A stretch of DNA of 64,000 bases from Epiperipatus broadwayi (lineage: Eukaryota; Animalia; Onychophora), in contig JAQFVV010000007.1 in assembly GCA_028023455.1 (NCBI GenBank), positions 6,634,001 to 6,698,000 on the forward strand, given 5' to 3'. Position numbers and translations under genes: made by a program. Positions 52,041 through 64,000 of the stretch are shown here, in pieces. Numbering within the stretch: the stretch's first letter is position 1; each line of letters starts with the position of its first letter. The notes under the pieces were generated by a model. It did no database searches, was not told the origin of the DNA, and saw only the letters and a program-made list of their open reading frames with translations.

Positions 52041-53803
52041 CCATCAATAGTTGTTTGTTACTACTGCTTGAACCTTCTTAACAGAATTTATTCTATCATC
52101 ACATTCTAGTGCTACTATTAACTTTAATGATCTCATTACAATAAGCACACACAAAAGAAAATATATTAAAAAATGACACACTCAATCTCCTAATGAAAGA
52201 CTAGAGTGATGAGATGACAAACCTAAACCCTCATAATGTAGTTCCTAATGACAGCATAGTACATACTGTTTAGTATGAAGATTGCTGTGAAAAATTAAAA
52301 TACAATTCCTGAAACACACTTTTTCCTGCAGTCTTGTGGAAACCAATGTTAAATTTTGAGATCTTAAATATTGTTTCCAATTGAAGAAGTCTTTCTGTCT
52401 TTTTCTATGCTCTTTTCTTATTACCTTTGTTCTTTTCAACTAGACAACATGAGCATTACAAGCTAAAAAGAGAAGAAGATATCGGTCATTATGTTGTGAA
52501 TATGATGAAATAGTGTATCCCAGTAAAAGAGTTGTTGATTATCTTTCCTAGATGCCTGTAGTGCATTTTGTGTATATAAGCAGGTAAGCAAAAAAGTGAT
52601 TTCCATTACAGGACAAAGGCTTTCCCATCAATCCTCCATTAAAAACAGTGAAGAAGAAAATAGTGAATATTAGATTGACCATTTACTGGATTGCAAGGAA
52701 TTTAGGAGTTTTCTACCCTTCTCTAACTATAAATAGTTATATACCCTTTCCTAACTAATTAGATTAGATAGAATTTACCACATTAAAAAATCCTAGAGTA
52801 TATAGGAATAAAGTATACAGACTCCTCAGTATTGATAATATAATGACAGGACTGGTCTTATTGGAACAGGAGTTATTAGATGTGATCTTACATAAGGTAA
52901 TAATAATATGGTTTCATACTAATAAATTGTTTTATCTTCAGAAAGCTATATTTTAAAAGTTTTATTGTCTCCTAAAAATGTAGTAGGATTTAAAAAGTAT
53001 GGTTTACAAATAATTTAGATTGTCATCACATCTGGAATATTTCAAATTTAAGTGGTAAAGGTAAGTTATAATAATATTAATAACTATAGTGAAGTAAGCA
53101 ATTGGTAGAGTTGGTTATAAAGGTAAATATATCAATTAATGAAAGTTAATGAAATGAACTTAAAATCAAGCTATTTCATTATTATGTATTCTGTCAAATT
53201 TATTTCATGGAAGTAAAATTTGAACATCTAACAAAATGACATAAAGACAGTGAAAATCTTCATTTAAGAAGAATCCATAAAACTTCATAATAGCTAAAAC
53301 AAAAGATCAATCTGTATATTAGTATAAAGATTTTTTTATTTAAAGGGGGCATTTCAAATATATTATAAAGTCAAATTTTAACACTCCATTGCTAAAACTT
53401 GAGCTTTCTTTATTTGAAGAAAGGGTATAATTGGAATAATGTAGCTATGGGGTACTTTCAAATATTTTGTATAATTTCAACTAGAAATATGCTTTGTTTC
53501 TATTTCTTAGATTGATATATATATGGGACAGTATGGGTGAGGATCAAAAAGAATGGAGAATTTAGAATTAAATTAGCAGAAAGAAACATTTGTTACTAAA
53601 AAAACTCCAATGCAAAATGTTAAATCAGATTTGAAAATAATATGTATATATGTGAATATACTTATGGTTTATGTGAAACCTGATTATAGCAAATCTCATC
53701 TTTCGGCAATTAATTTTTACTTTTTTATCTTTACTCTTCCACTTTTAGAATCAGAATGACTAGATTTGTTTAAGAGTAACTGATAATAAGATCTATCTAT
53801 ATT

Positions 53804-53957
53804 ATCATTAAAAACCAGTCAACACTTTGAGAATCCCAATATTAATAACAATCAACAATTTCAAACTATCATCAAGGCAACTTCCTTGACTACAGTTTGA
53901 AATTGTTGATTGTTATTGATATTGGGATTGTCTAAGTGTTGATTGGTTTTTAATGAT
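53804..53957. repeat. ~154 bp near-perfect hairpin
   Basis: ATCATTAAAAACCAGTCAACAC...TTTCAAACT pairs with AGTTTGAAA...GTGTTGATTGGTTTTTAATGAT. Confidence 0.9.
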
Positions 53958-55029
53958 TATTTATAAAACCATTTAGCCTTGAGCATTATTACATTAATAA
54001 ATTAATACATACTGTCCATAAACTATTTGCTTTACAATAAATCTTAGAGTCAATAATAAAGAAGCTATATTTCTGATAATTAATGATGTAATTTATGTTC
54101 CATGTTTTTTTCTTTCACTAAGAAAATAACAGCAAGAATAAAGGAAAATGCTATTACTAAAGATATTCATATATAGGGTAAAGATATAAATGTAAAAGTT
54201 TGCTGAACTACTGCCTATAATAGTCTATTTCAAGTGTGGGCAAACTACAGCTTGTCCTGAAGATTTATGACTCTTTGGTCTGAACACAAGTTACAAGTAG
54301 GAAAAAGACTTAAACTTCATTCTGAACATATTTTGTTCAAAAACATTTTTCATATAACACAGATCAGATGACTGACTGTAAACATATTTGTTATAATGAT
54401 CTTCACTATATTTCAAAAACAATGCATTCTACCGAAAAATGTTTTAAATATAATTTATTAGATTAACAATGCTATAAAAAATGTTCAAATACAGTTTTTT
54501 ATGTAATGCATGTCTAATAAAATAAAAATAAAATGGTGGAAAGGTAGAGGAATAGATTGAGATCTGAAGAACACTGTGAGGAACAGTCAAAACTGTTATT
54601 ATAATAATAAACATTATTTGCTTAAAGGTGTAAGAAGATGATGATTATTTAATAAGATATATTGTTGCATGTCTAATGAATTATCTCAAGTTCCAACTTT
54701 CAACATATTTCATAAACAATGAATTTTATGGAAAATTATTTCAGGCAAAATGTCTTAAATTTTGAATCTGAACATTATTTGTCAATTTGTTTTTTTTTTT
54801 TGCATGTTATGCTAATTTTTGAGTAGTTGACATGTCAAACCTGAAGATCCCATAAATACATATTGTTCCTCAACAATGGATATTTAAGTTACCCACTAAG
54901 ATTGTAGCACCAAAATTTTATAAAATTTTGTTTCATTCTTGAGTTATTCTGGGAACAAAAATGTGTCATATATGAACATAATACACACACACACATATAT
55001 ATATATGGAAAAAAAGAAAAACCAAGTTT

Positions 55030-56861
55030 TATATGTGCAATAACACACATACTTATTTATCTTGAAATCTTATATTTTTAATTCTCAGTTGATTTTAGTA
55101 TAAAATATTTTTTTTATGACGCTTTTTTTCTTTTAAAATAATTAAAAGCAAACAAAGTTTAATTAGTGCTCTTATAAAAGTATTTTATTTAAACTAAAAA
55201 AAAAAAAATCTTGATGTATTTTTAAAGCTGAGATTTAGTTTTGTATTTTTTTTTATATAAAAATAATAATAATCATTTTTGTAAGATAAAGCCCTGTAAA
55301 ATATTGTATTTCTAATTAAGATTGAGCGGGAGATTACCTTGGTTGAAAGTTGAAAAAAAAGATTGCGCGGGAGATAACAAAGGACATAAATAGTTGGGTA
55401 ATTTTTTTTTATTAGAGGGAGGATTCAAAGAGACTATTCTGGTCATTCAGTTTTTTTATTTTTATTGCTCAGCTTCTTGTTATTGAGGATCGATCCAGAT
55501 TTTAGCTGTTATTGAACTGTTGCATTGTTAAAGTAACTAATTTTTTTTTTGATATTGGTGCCATGGGAATCACCAAGTTGAATTTCCATTGACCGACAAT
55601 AACTCTATTTGCCACGATAATAGCAGTCATTCAGACGCCATGCCTGTAATATATGCCACGAAGAATCTCCACAACATGATGGGCTGAGCCTTTCCAAAGA
55701 GGAGCCTTTGGAGCTCCAAATTGTGACTTCAATCATGATCTAACTGTCAAGTCCAGAGTGGATCCCGATAATGCCTCCAGACTTCTGAACCTGTAGTAAA
55801 TGACAGCCATTGTAGGGGACTCTATAAACCGAACTTTGTGTGAACAGCAGAAATTAATATTATCTCGAGGTAACTTACCTTTCCATATCAAAATCAGAGC
55901 TAAATCTCTAATTAAGTCTCTCGCTAATCTCAGCTTAATCTTAAAAAGAAATTATATTTGTGATCGTGTAATTTATCAATTTAAATATTAATGTATTTTT
56001 GTTTATTTTACATTACAATATTAGTAGCAAGATTTTCAATCTTAAAATGTTACTTGTTTGAGAGTGTAGGGCGAGTGATATTTTATATGCTTAATAATTT
56101 CTCAGTTTCATGATTAATCCTTGTTAAATGCTCAGACTGACCTTAGTAGTTTTCTTTTATTTTTGTTTGTTTGTTTGCTTCGGCATTAAACTAAATCAAA
56201 CTTGGTTTTGGCTAGTGATTTATAGGATATATGATTTTTTTTTTGTAGAGATTTAGTTGCTATAATTCAGATTACGTAGTTCATAATGTTTCTTTTCTTA
56301 TGTGAGACTAACCTTGGCTTGTTTCAATGTACTTGTCCATGAGCGTTTTGCAGAATTATGACATTCTTGGTTCCGACATTTCTTTTTGGACTAAGAAAAG
56401 CTCGACTGCGCTGTCCCGTTATTCTCCACAAACATCCATCTTAATAAATCTCTATAGGGAAAAGGGAATTGGTTGGGTGAACCGCTAGCAAGAAGATATA
56501 AGCCATTATTGTGTTATAGATAAGAAATGAACTTGTCTGCCTGGGTATTTAATGTAGTACTGCTTGCATACACTCAATGTTAAGATCTGCTAAGTAAATG
56601 TAGATTAAGTTTCATGTTTATTTTGTTATTATGTTTAATAAATTTAAAAAGTTCTTATAAGTATTTTGGCTGACGTTTGTCTCAGTGTTTTCTCAATTGT
56701 CTGAACCATATTCATTAGCTTTTGCTCTACCTGGGTTTAGTCTGGCACATTCATGTTCGTATATCCTGCCCACCCTTAAAATAAATGTCTAGTTCTGATT
56801 TTTGAACTAGTGGCGCCCTTGTGGTCAGGATATACGAAACTAAAATCTTTCATCTGGCACA
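55030..56861 (-). mobile_element. TG-started, CpG-retaining element (solo-LTR-like or unclassified); left boundary uncertain
   Basis: Starts TGTGCCAGA on the minus strand next to (TA)n and carries the hairpin-flanked CTAGTGGCGCCCT cassette at 56807. Confidence 0.55.
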
Positions 56862-56881
56862 ATATATATATATATATATAT

Positions 56882-59101
56882 TGTAACGAGCACAGACGTT
56901 CGTTACATTGTTTTTTTTTATATATTTATTAAACATGAAAGTAAATTAAAAAGTTCGCATTTAAAAAGTTTCTTTAAGAATTAAAAATTGAAATTAAATA
57001 TCATCTTAAACTCGTATATATTAAATTGCACAGATAATGAAAAATTATTAAAATAAAACTTTATTAAAGAAAAAGTATTTTAAAACTAAATTTTAAAAAG
57101 ATTTGGAGATAAAATTATATCTTTAAATTTATCTTTAAATATATCTTTGATTTGGAAAACAGGTTAATTAATCAGAAATGGAAATGATAAATTTAATTAG
57201 TCAAATGTAAACCAGCCTTGGGCATTTAAATGTAAAAACATCGGTCAGATAGGAAAACAATAGAAACTTTTAGCAAATGAAATAAATCCATTGGGAAATC
57301 GGACCTCAATGAAAAGGATCATCACATCGATGACGTAATGTTAAGTCAATCTTTCAAAGTAATATAAAAAGACAAGTTTGGAAATTATTAGTTAGTGATT
57401 ATGATTATTACAATGTGACAGATAGGTGTTAGTGCGGAGGTGCGGAAGAAGGAATTGAAGAGATGCACGATTCAATCCCTTCAGTTTTGCTAGGAAAGAA
57501 AGAGAAATGAACTATCGTTTTTCTACATTGAGGACCAGTTAAAACAAAAACCTCCGGATGGATAAATAAATCGGCCAACAGAATATCAATCTTAGGACGG
57601 CGTGGGAATTCACGTCATGGCAAGCAACGGATAAAGAGGAACTGTTTTAAACTGTAAGAACTTTATAAATAATGAACATTAAATTAAACTTTCCAGATTT
57701 AAATGATTGCAATATTATCCTATCTGACCAACTTAATTTATTAATAATGTTATTTGATGTATTTCTTTTTTTTATATATATTTAAAATCATTTCCATTTA
57801 TTTATTTATTTTTTGTTCTTTAAGTTTTATTATGATTTCTGTTTTCCGTTAAGGTAAATTATATAAATGTTAAACTTAAGTCGGGCGTGAATGGTTGTAT
57901 AGATTTGTAAAGTTATATTAGGGGAGGGTAATCTTAGGTTATTTGTTTCGTTGTTGAATTGGGTCAATGGATTGGATACATTGATGTAGTTAGTAGATGT
58001 AGTCGGAGATTCGCTACTGGCAGAATCGCTTCATACGCCGCACTCTCCCGTTTTGCCTATGAAAGGAATTATAAGACGCAGAGCGCAGTTCCTTTCTATG
58101 GAGTTTTTTTTTATTGTTCTTCTCGTTAGATAGAAGTAATATTCCTATCTGATGAAGGTCAATATCTTCTCTTAATCTTTTTGGTGCTGCCGTATTCCGT
58201 ATCACATTGAATACATCGATGTATCAGATGAATTGATGCCAGTTTGACTGTGAATTTTAGCCTAAGGTTAAATAGGGATAGAATATTTTATTTTCAAATG
58301 CAAATCTATGTAATCTATTCATGCTCGACCCTAAATAAAAATGCATTAAATTTAAGTTGTTTATGGACGCTTGCATGGATTGGTTATCGGTTAAGTATGT
58401 TTTGGGTTTTCATATTTGATCAGAATATATAGACATTCGATAAATAATGATACCTTACGGTGAGTATCTAAAATGTATTTATTCGGATGTCTTTTAAATC
58501 ATTGGTGACAATGCAAGTATCTTATGGTGAATACTACTGGGTTACTTATAAATTTCCCTCTGCAATTGCCAGTATCAATGATTTTATCTTTTGATCGTTT
58601 ATGTTTACTTTGAAATGTTTTTAACCGTGTAATCTATGTAACCGATCTATAGCAACATATTAAAACAAGCTTTTATAATCCCATCTGTGCGAACTTAATT
58701 AAAATGTAAACTGATAATATAATAGAAATTAAAATGTAAATTAAAATCTAAAGTAAAGTTAAAAATAATGTTAAATTTTGAAATGTAAAACTAATACTAA
58801 AATAATTTTAAATCTTATATATATGTGCATAAATAAATGTTTGTATGTTAATTACTGGCAGTGGCTTATTTTATTTATTTTTTTAATACTGAAATATAAT
58901 TAGATAAGATATTATATTATTTAATCTCTGCTATTCCACTGAGCTAGTGACATGGGCTAACGACCGGAATCAAAATAAAAAAAATTTTTTTTTTTTTTGA
59001 CTTACGTATCTGCCTACTTTATAAATTTTTCTAGGTTCAAATGCCTAGATGGCGCCCTGTAGTGCAGTTTACGTTAAGTTACCATTCTCCGGATCGTTAC
59101 A
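56882..59101 (-). mobile_element. ~2.2 kb TGTAACGA...TCGTTACA element in (TA)n (solo-LTR-like or Ginger-like, unclassified)
   Basis: 8 bp terminal inverted repeat with TA-repeat flanks. Homologous to 60091-62105. Confidence 0.8.
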
Positions 59102-59394
59102 ATATATATATGATGTTAAACATCATTGTAAAATTGCTCACAACAGATTAATAAAGCTTTTATTCCAAGAAAAAATTATTAAAAATAGAATCAGTTTTTG
59201 GTATAAACAGAATATTTTCATCTACTATGACTAGCTAACATGTCAGCAAGTAAAACTTTTTTTTTTTTTACATGTAGCCTGTGAGATATCTTACATATGT
59301 CTATCTGGTCTGCAGTCAGAAAAGTTTATTCATACCTGATCTATTTAATTGTTGCAAATTATTTCAATAAAGTCCAGGAAGTAATAAAATCTTT

Positions 59395-60085
59395 AATGTC
59401 ATTATGGATGACTTTTAAATACAAGTATATTACATATACTTTTGAAGATGTAATTATAGAGGATTTAAAACCAGACTTTCAAGCATCCTTAGATCATCCA
59501 CTCCATCTTATACCACCACATAATGAAAAAATAAAAAACTATCAATATTAATATTTTGCGCTGAATCAGCATTCATCAATTGGTTCAGATTATCATCTCA
59601 CACACACACACATATATATATATATAATCAGTGCTTGGTATATATTAAGATAGCAAATCTGCAAACTTTAATAGATAGGCTTCAATTGTCTCCACTTTCC
59701 AACTTTTCAGCTGTCCATATCATTAAAAATCTGGTGATGACATGTTCAAAGCCCTTGTTTGTCAAAGTTGACCATAAGTCAATCTGACATCTCATATGAA
59801 GGAGCTTAAGCCCATTTAAATACACAGAAGAGGGATGGACAGAATACAGGCTGAATATGTAATGTTTAAATACAAGTATATTATATATATTTTTAAAGAT
59901 GTAATTAGAGGGGATTTGAACCAAGATTTTCAAGCTTCCTTCAGTCATCCATTCCATCTTCATACAACAAATACACATGACCACATACTTACAAAAAAGA
60001 CAAATGATTTCCAATATACATATTTCATGCTGAACAAACACTCATCAGTTGATCCAGATTATCATCTCCCACATATATATAAATA
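59395..60085 (-). mobile_element. Head-to-tail R2 partial dimer, period ~450-470 bp
   Basis: AATACAAGTATATTA at ~59419 and ~59868, and HHR2 cores at 59572 and 60041. Confidence 0.88.
60011..60052 (-). ncRNA. Type I minimal hammerhead ribozyme (HHR2), core intact
   Basis: Minus strand TCAA CTGATGA GTGTT TGTTC AGCAT GAAA TATGTAT A TTGG. Stem II has 5 pairs (two G.U), AUA triplet, stem I 3-4 bp. Confidence 0.72.
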
Positions 60086-60090
60086 TATAT

Positions 60091-62105
60091 TGTAACGATA
60101 TATAAATATGTCGTTACATTAATTTAAAATAAAATGTTAAAGTTCGCAAATAAAAATAAAATCTATTAAAAAAAAAACAAAAAAACTAAACGCTAAAATT
60201 AAAATGTTTGTTAAACGTATATATTCGCACAGATTCAAAACTTTAAAAATATTTTTTTTTTAAAAAACAAATAAATAAGTATTTGAACATACTTTTTTTA
60301 TAAAAAAAATACAAGACTTAAAGATAAAATATATTTGTAAATGGAAATGATTGTTTATTAATTATCCAAAAGCTGTGTAATTAAAAAGTCAGATCAAAAT
60401 TAGATAAGGAATAAAGAATTAGCTTGTCCAATATAGAAGCAGCAAATAAAGGCCCAGACCATAGCAAAAAAATGGAACAGTGATGTCTTTGTTCATGGAA
60501 TCCATAGGAGAACTATAAAAAGAAAAATATTGAGTTCCAGTGAGTTTTCGAACTTGATTTGGGGAGATGAACGACAAGACGCACTTGTCGTTCTCTCTCA
60601 CTTATTTAAAAAAAAAATGAAAAGACTGTGATACAAGAATGGAACCAGCTAATGCCACCTCCAGAACATTATTTTCCAATGGAGACGTCACGGGAATTAA
60701 AAAAACAGGAACCTGGACTCTTCTACTGTAAGCTATATTGACATGAACTCTAAATTTAAAAATAATTAAGAACTTTTGTTCAAGCTTATGAACTTCTATC
60801 TGACTTTTAAGTTTAAAATCAATTGATAATGTGTAATTTTATATATGTTTGTGTTTGATAAAAAAATCATTTCCATTTATTATTTTCTTTGTATTAATAT
60901 TTATTGTTTAAATTTTAAATGAGGGAATTTAAGGTTGGGTATGGACGTTGCATAGATTCATTAGCGGTTGATAATGTTGTGGTTTTCACATTCAATTAGA
61001 ATATATAAGTCAATGATGTCACTGCAAGCATTTTACGATGAATGCTATTGGATTTTGTGTATTCTCTATGCAATTGACATTATCGATGATTTTGTATTTT
61101 GATCGGTTATGTTTATTTTGAAATGTTTTTAACCGTGGAATCTGTGCAGCCAATCTATACTCAACATTATAAAACAAATTATATAAAATTCATCTGTGCG
61201 AACGTATTTAAATGTTAAATTTAAGTCGGGCGTGAATGGCTATATAGTTTTGTAAAGTTATATTAAGGGAGGGTAATCTTAGGTTATTCGTTTCGTAGTT
61301 GAATTGGCTCAATGGATTGGATATATTTGTGTAATTAGTAGATGTAGTATGAGATCCGCTACAGGCAGGATTGCATATATATGCCACACACCTTCTGTTT
61401 GCCTATGGATGGGTTTGTAAGACGGCAAAGGACCACAATCCATTCCTATGGAGTTTTATGTTTATTGTTCTACTCACCAACAGATGTAGCATTCCTGTTG
61501 GTGGAGAGACAATGTCTTCTCTAACTCTACTTACTGTTCAGATGTACATTCCTGACAGTATAGTATTTTGTGTTGTCGTATTTTCATGCTACATTGAATA
61601 CATAAATGTATCAGATGGATTGACGCCAGTTTGACTGCGAACTTTTTGGCCTAAGGTTAAATAAGGGATAGAATTTTTTTTTTTCAAATACAATCTATAT
61701 AGTCTATTCATACTCGACTCACTAAATAAATATTAAACTCATTATTGAAATCTATTTAAATGTAAAATTAAAGATTAATATAAACATCTAAAATGTTAAA
61801 CTTATTCCTCAAATTAGAATGATTTTATATGTGCGTAAATAAATATTTTTATGTGTTAATTTCTGGCAGTGGCTTTTATTTTTTTTATATTTGAGATATA
61901 AAGTTATATTTTATAATCTCTGCTGTTCCACTGAGCTAGTGACTTGGGCTAACGATCTAAATATTTAAATAAAGTGGAATCTTAACAGCGCATATCTGCC
62001 TACTCTATAAATTTTTCTAGGTTTAAATGCCTAGATGGTGCCCTGTAGAGCAGATATCGTAGTTTGCGGTTAGATTCGATCTTCACTTGCGTTTGGATCG
62101 TTATA
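60091..62105 (-). mobile_element. ~2.0 kb diverged sister of the 56882-59101 element
   Basis: TGTAACGA start, TCGTTATA end, (TA)n flanks and shared internal blocks. Confidence 0.8.
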
Positions 62106-62488
62106 ATATATATATATCAAGGTGTATGGCACATGTGTGCTTTATAAGGATACATTTGTAACACTTTCCAAAATATCAAATATTAAAATAAACTGATGCG
62201 CTAAATCTATAGTTTCTTCCTGGGAAACTATTTTATCCCAGTTTGTACATTAGCATACTTAAAACATGCTAAAAAGGGTTTAATTAAAGTGATCTCGTTT
62301 ACAGATTAAATCCGAATAGTTTATATCATAAACTAATGAGGAAAAAGTATATTTGGGACTTACTTAATGAGCTATAATATGCTTTCTAATATCATTCTTG
62401 TTATTAATTAACTAGACAATTTACTATCATGCAAACCTTAATCATGATAAGCTAAAACATAGTAGATTAACTATATATATATATATAT

Positions 62489-63125
62489 TGTAACATAATT
62501 AAATGAAGAACAAATAACTATTACCATACCTGAGTTGTCTACAATATATAAGAAATAATCATAAATTCAAAAATTAAATGATGATCAAAAGATATAATAT
62601 CTGAGTAAAGGTTCAAAATATATTATTATATCTGAGTATAACACTATCAAGATATTAAGTAAATTATTAATAAATTATTATAACCAGTATTAAAGCAATG
62701 TATTATAACTCAGGTATATGGAAATCACGTGAAGTGAGTACACTAGTAATTCAATAAAATATAACTCAGGTATACAGGCAGTAGGTTTTATCCACTTTCA
62801 TTTCTTGGTTTGATGTTAAGTGCATGTTTAAACAAATACTAAGTGAATATGGTCTAGCAGGGCGCCACTAGATTATCTGAATCTAGACACGGTTATATCT
62901 AATAACCTTTCACATGTACCGGGTTTGAATCCCTTCTTGGTACTTTATTTATAATAAAATGGAAGATTTTGCTTTTTGAGCCATATCACTATAAGCACTA
63001 ATATTTAGGTAAAAGTAAAACATCTTTAAACCAAAGTGGAGTATATTAGACATAAATCATTTCTCAGATCTTAACATAACAAATGTGTTTCAATATTTTT
63101 ATAAGTTCACTAGCTCAGATTATAT
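62489..63125 (+). mobile_element. TGTAAC-started related element; right boundary uncertain
   Basis: Follows (TA)n, has repeated ATAACTCAGGTAT-like motifs in both orientations, AGGGCGCCACTAG at 62859 and CACTAGCTCAG near 63108 (shared with 56882-59101 and 60091-62105). Confidence 0.55.
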
Positions 63126-64000
63126 ATAACTAATTTAGGATGGCAATTCACTCATCCTTGCATGAAATAGATGATGGGATGTGGTTATAATAATACTAAG
63201 AAATCACTAAATATTATAAAATCAATATTTATTTATGGCCTTTAAACAGTTAAACAGCTCATTAATTAAAACGTTGATGATGATGATGATGATGATAATA
63301 ATAACAATAATGACAAGGGTTTCAACTACAGCTCTAGGACTAAGCCTAAACATAAAACTAAATTTTATAAAGAAATTCATAATTATTGCTTAATTTTAGC
63401 ATATTTACTTATATCTTAAATAACTAATATTCAACCATTGATGATGATGAATAATCACACTTAACAAAGACTACACTTAATGAAATATATACGCCTCGTT
63501 TAATAAAACAAACTAATATTTATTACTACATTTCTAACATATACATAAAAATTTCTAGATAAATATGAAAATTGACATGAATAATAATAATAATAATTGA
63601 TTATATAACAATCCTCAGATTAATTTTAAGTTCTTCCCCCTTTCCCTTCAAATGTATTTTGTATTAAGTTGGACGTCACATTGACCATGATTTTCACTCC
63701 ATGAGAAAAGTATTTCAAGACAAAAAATATTATCTGCTCATTAGCACACATACATTAAAAATCCAACATGTAAATAGAATGTAAAAAAAAAATGTTAGTA
63801 GAATTGAAAGAGCAAGTTTTAGAAACAAGTTTTAAATTATTTTCTCCCCCCTCTCTTCTACCTCTGAAATGCTATACTTAACTTGAAACAAACTAATCTA
63901 ATATTCTAACACTACTTGTTACTCCACATTCACTCGCAATTATACACATATAAAATATCATTATGTATGTGCGTGTTTTATCCCATAATAACAAAATATT

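Noticed and set aside
52245-52439. ORF with FNWKQYL as a possible MBT repeat
   Set aside because: Only a short motif match, with no supporting splice structure or further MBT exons.
58149-58180. CTGATGA followed by AGG...CTT
   Set aside because: No GAAA, and the motif is absent from the sister element.

Overview
Very AT-rich, CpG-poor eukaryotic DNA, almost certainly animal and probably arthropod (taxon is an inference from the transposon content). It is mostly intronic or intergenic and packed with decayed transposons: RTE-clade, CR1/L2-like and CCHC-tailed LINE fragments, two mariners, a piggyBac fragment, tRNA-derived SINEs, foldback elements, and a cluster of ~2 kb TG...CA elements in (TA)n. 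No complete host gene can be identified, only a few candidate small exons. The strongest signal is a high density of type I minimal hammerhead ribozyme (HHR) motifs that the ORF track does not show. They fall into at least four sequence families. R1 is a ~430-460 nt non-coding repeat with about 10 copies, head-to-tail junctions and inverted end pieces. R2 is a ~450-470 nt non-coding repeat. The other two motifs lie in an inverted pair of Penelope GIY-YIG 3' ends. R1 and R2 look like non-autonomous Penelope-type or retrozyme-like elements that might make circular RNAs. All alignments and folds were done by eye, so repeat boundaries are approximate.
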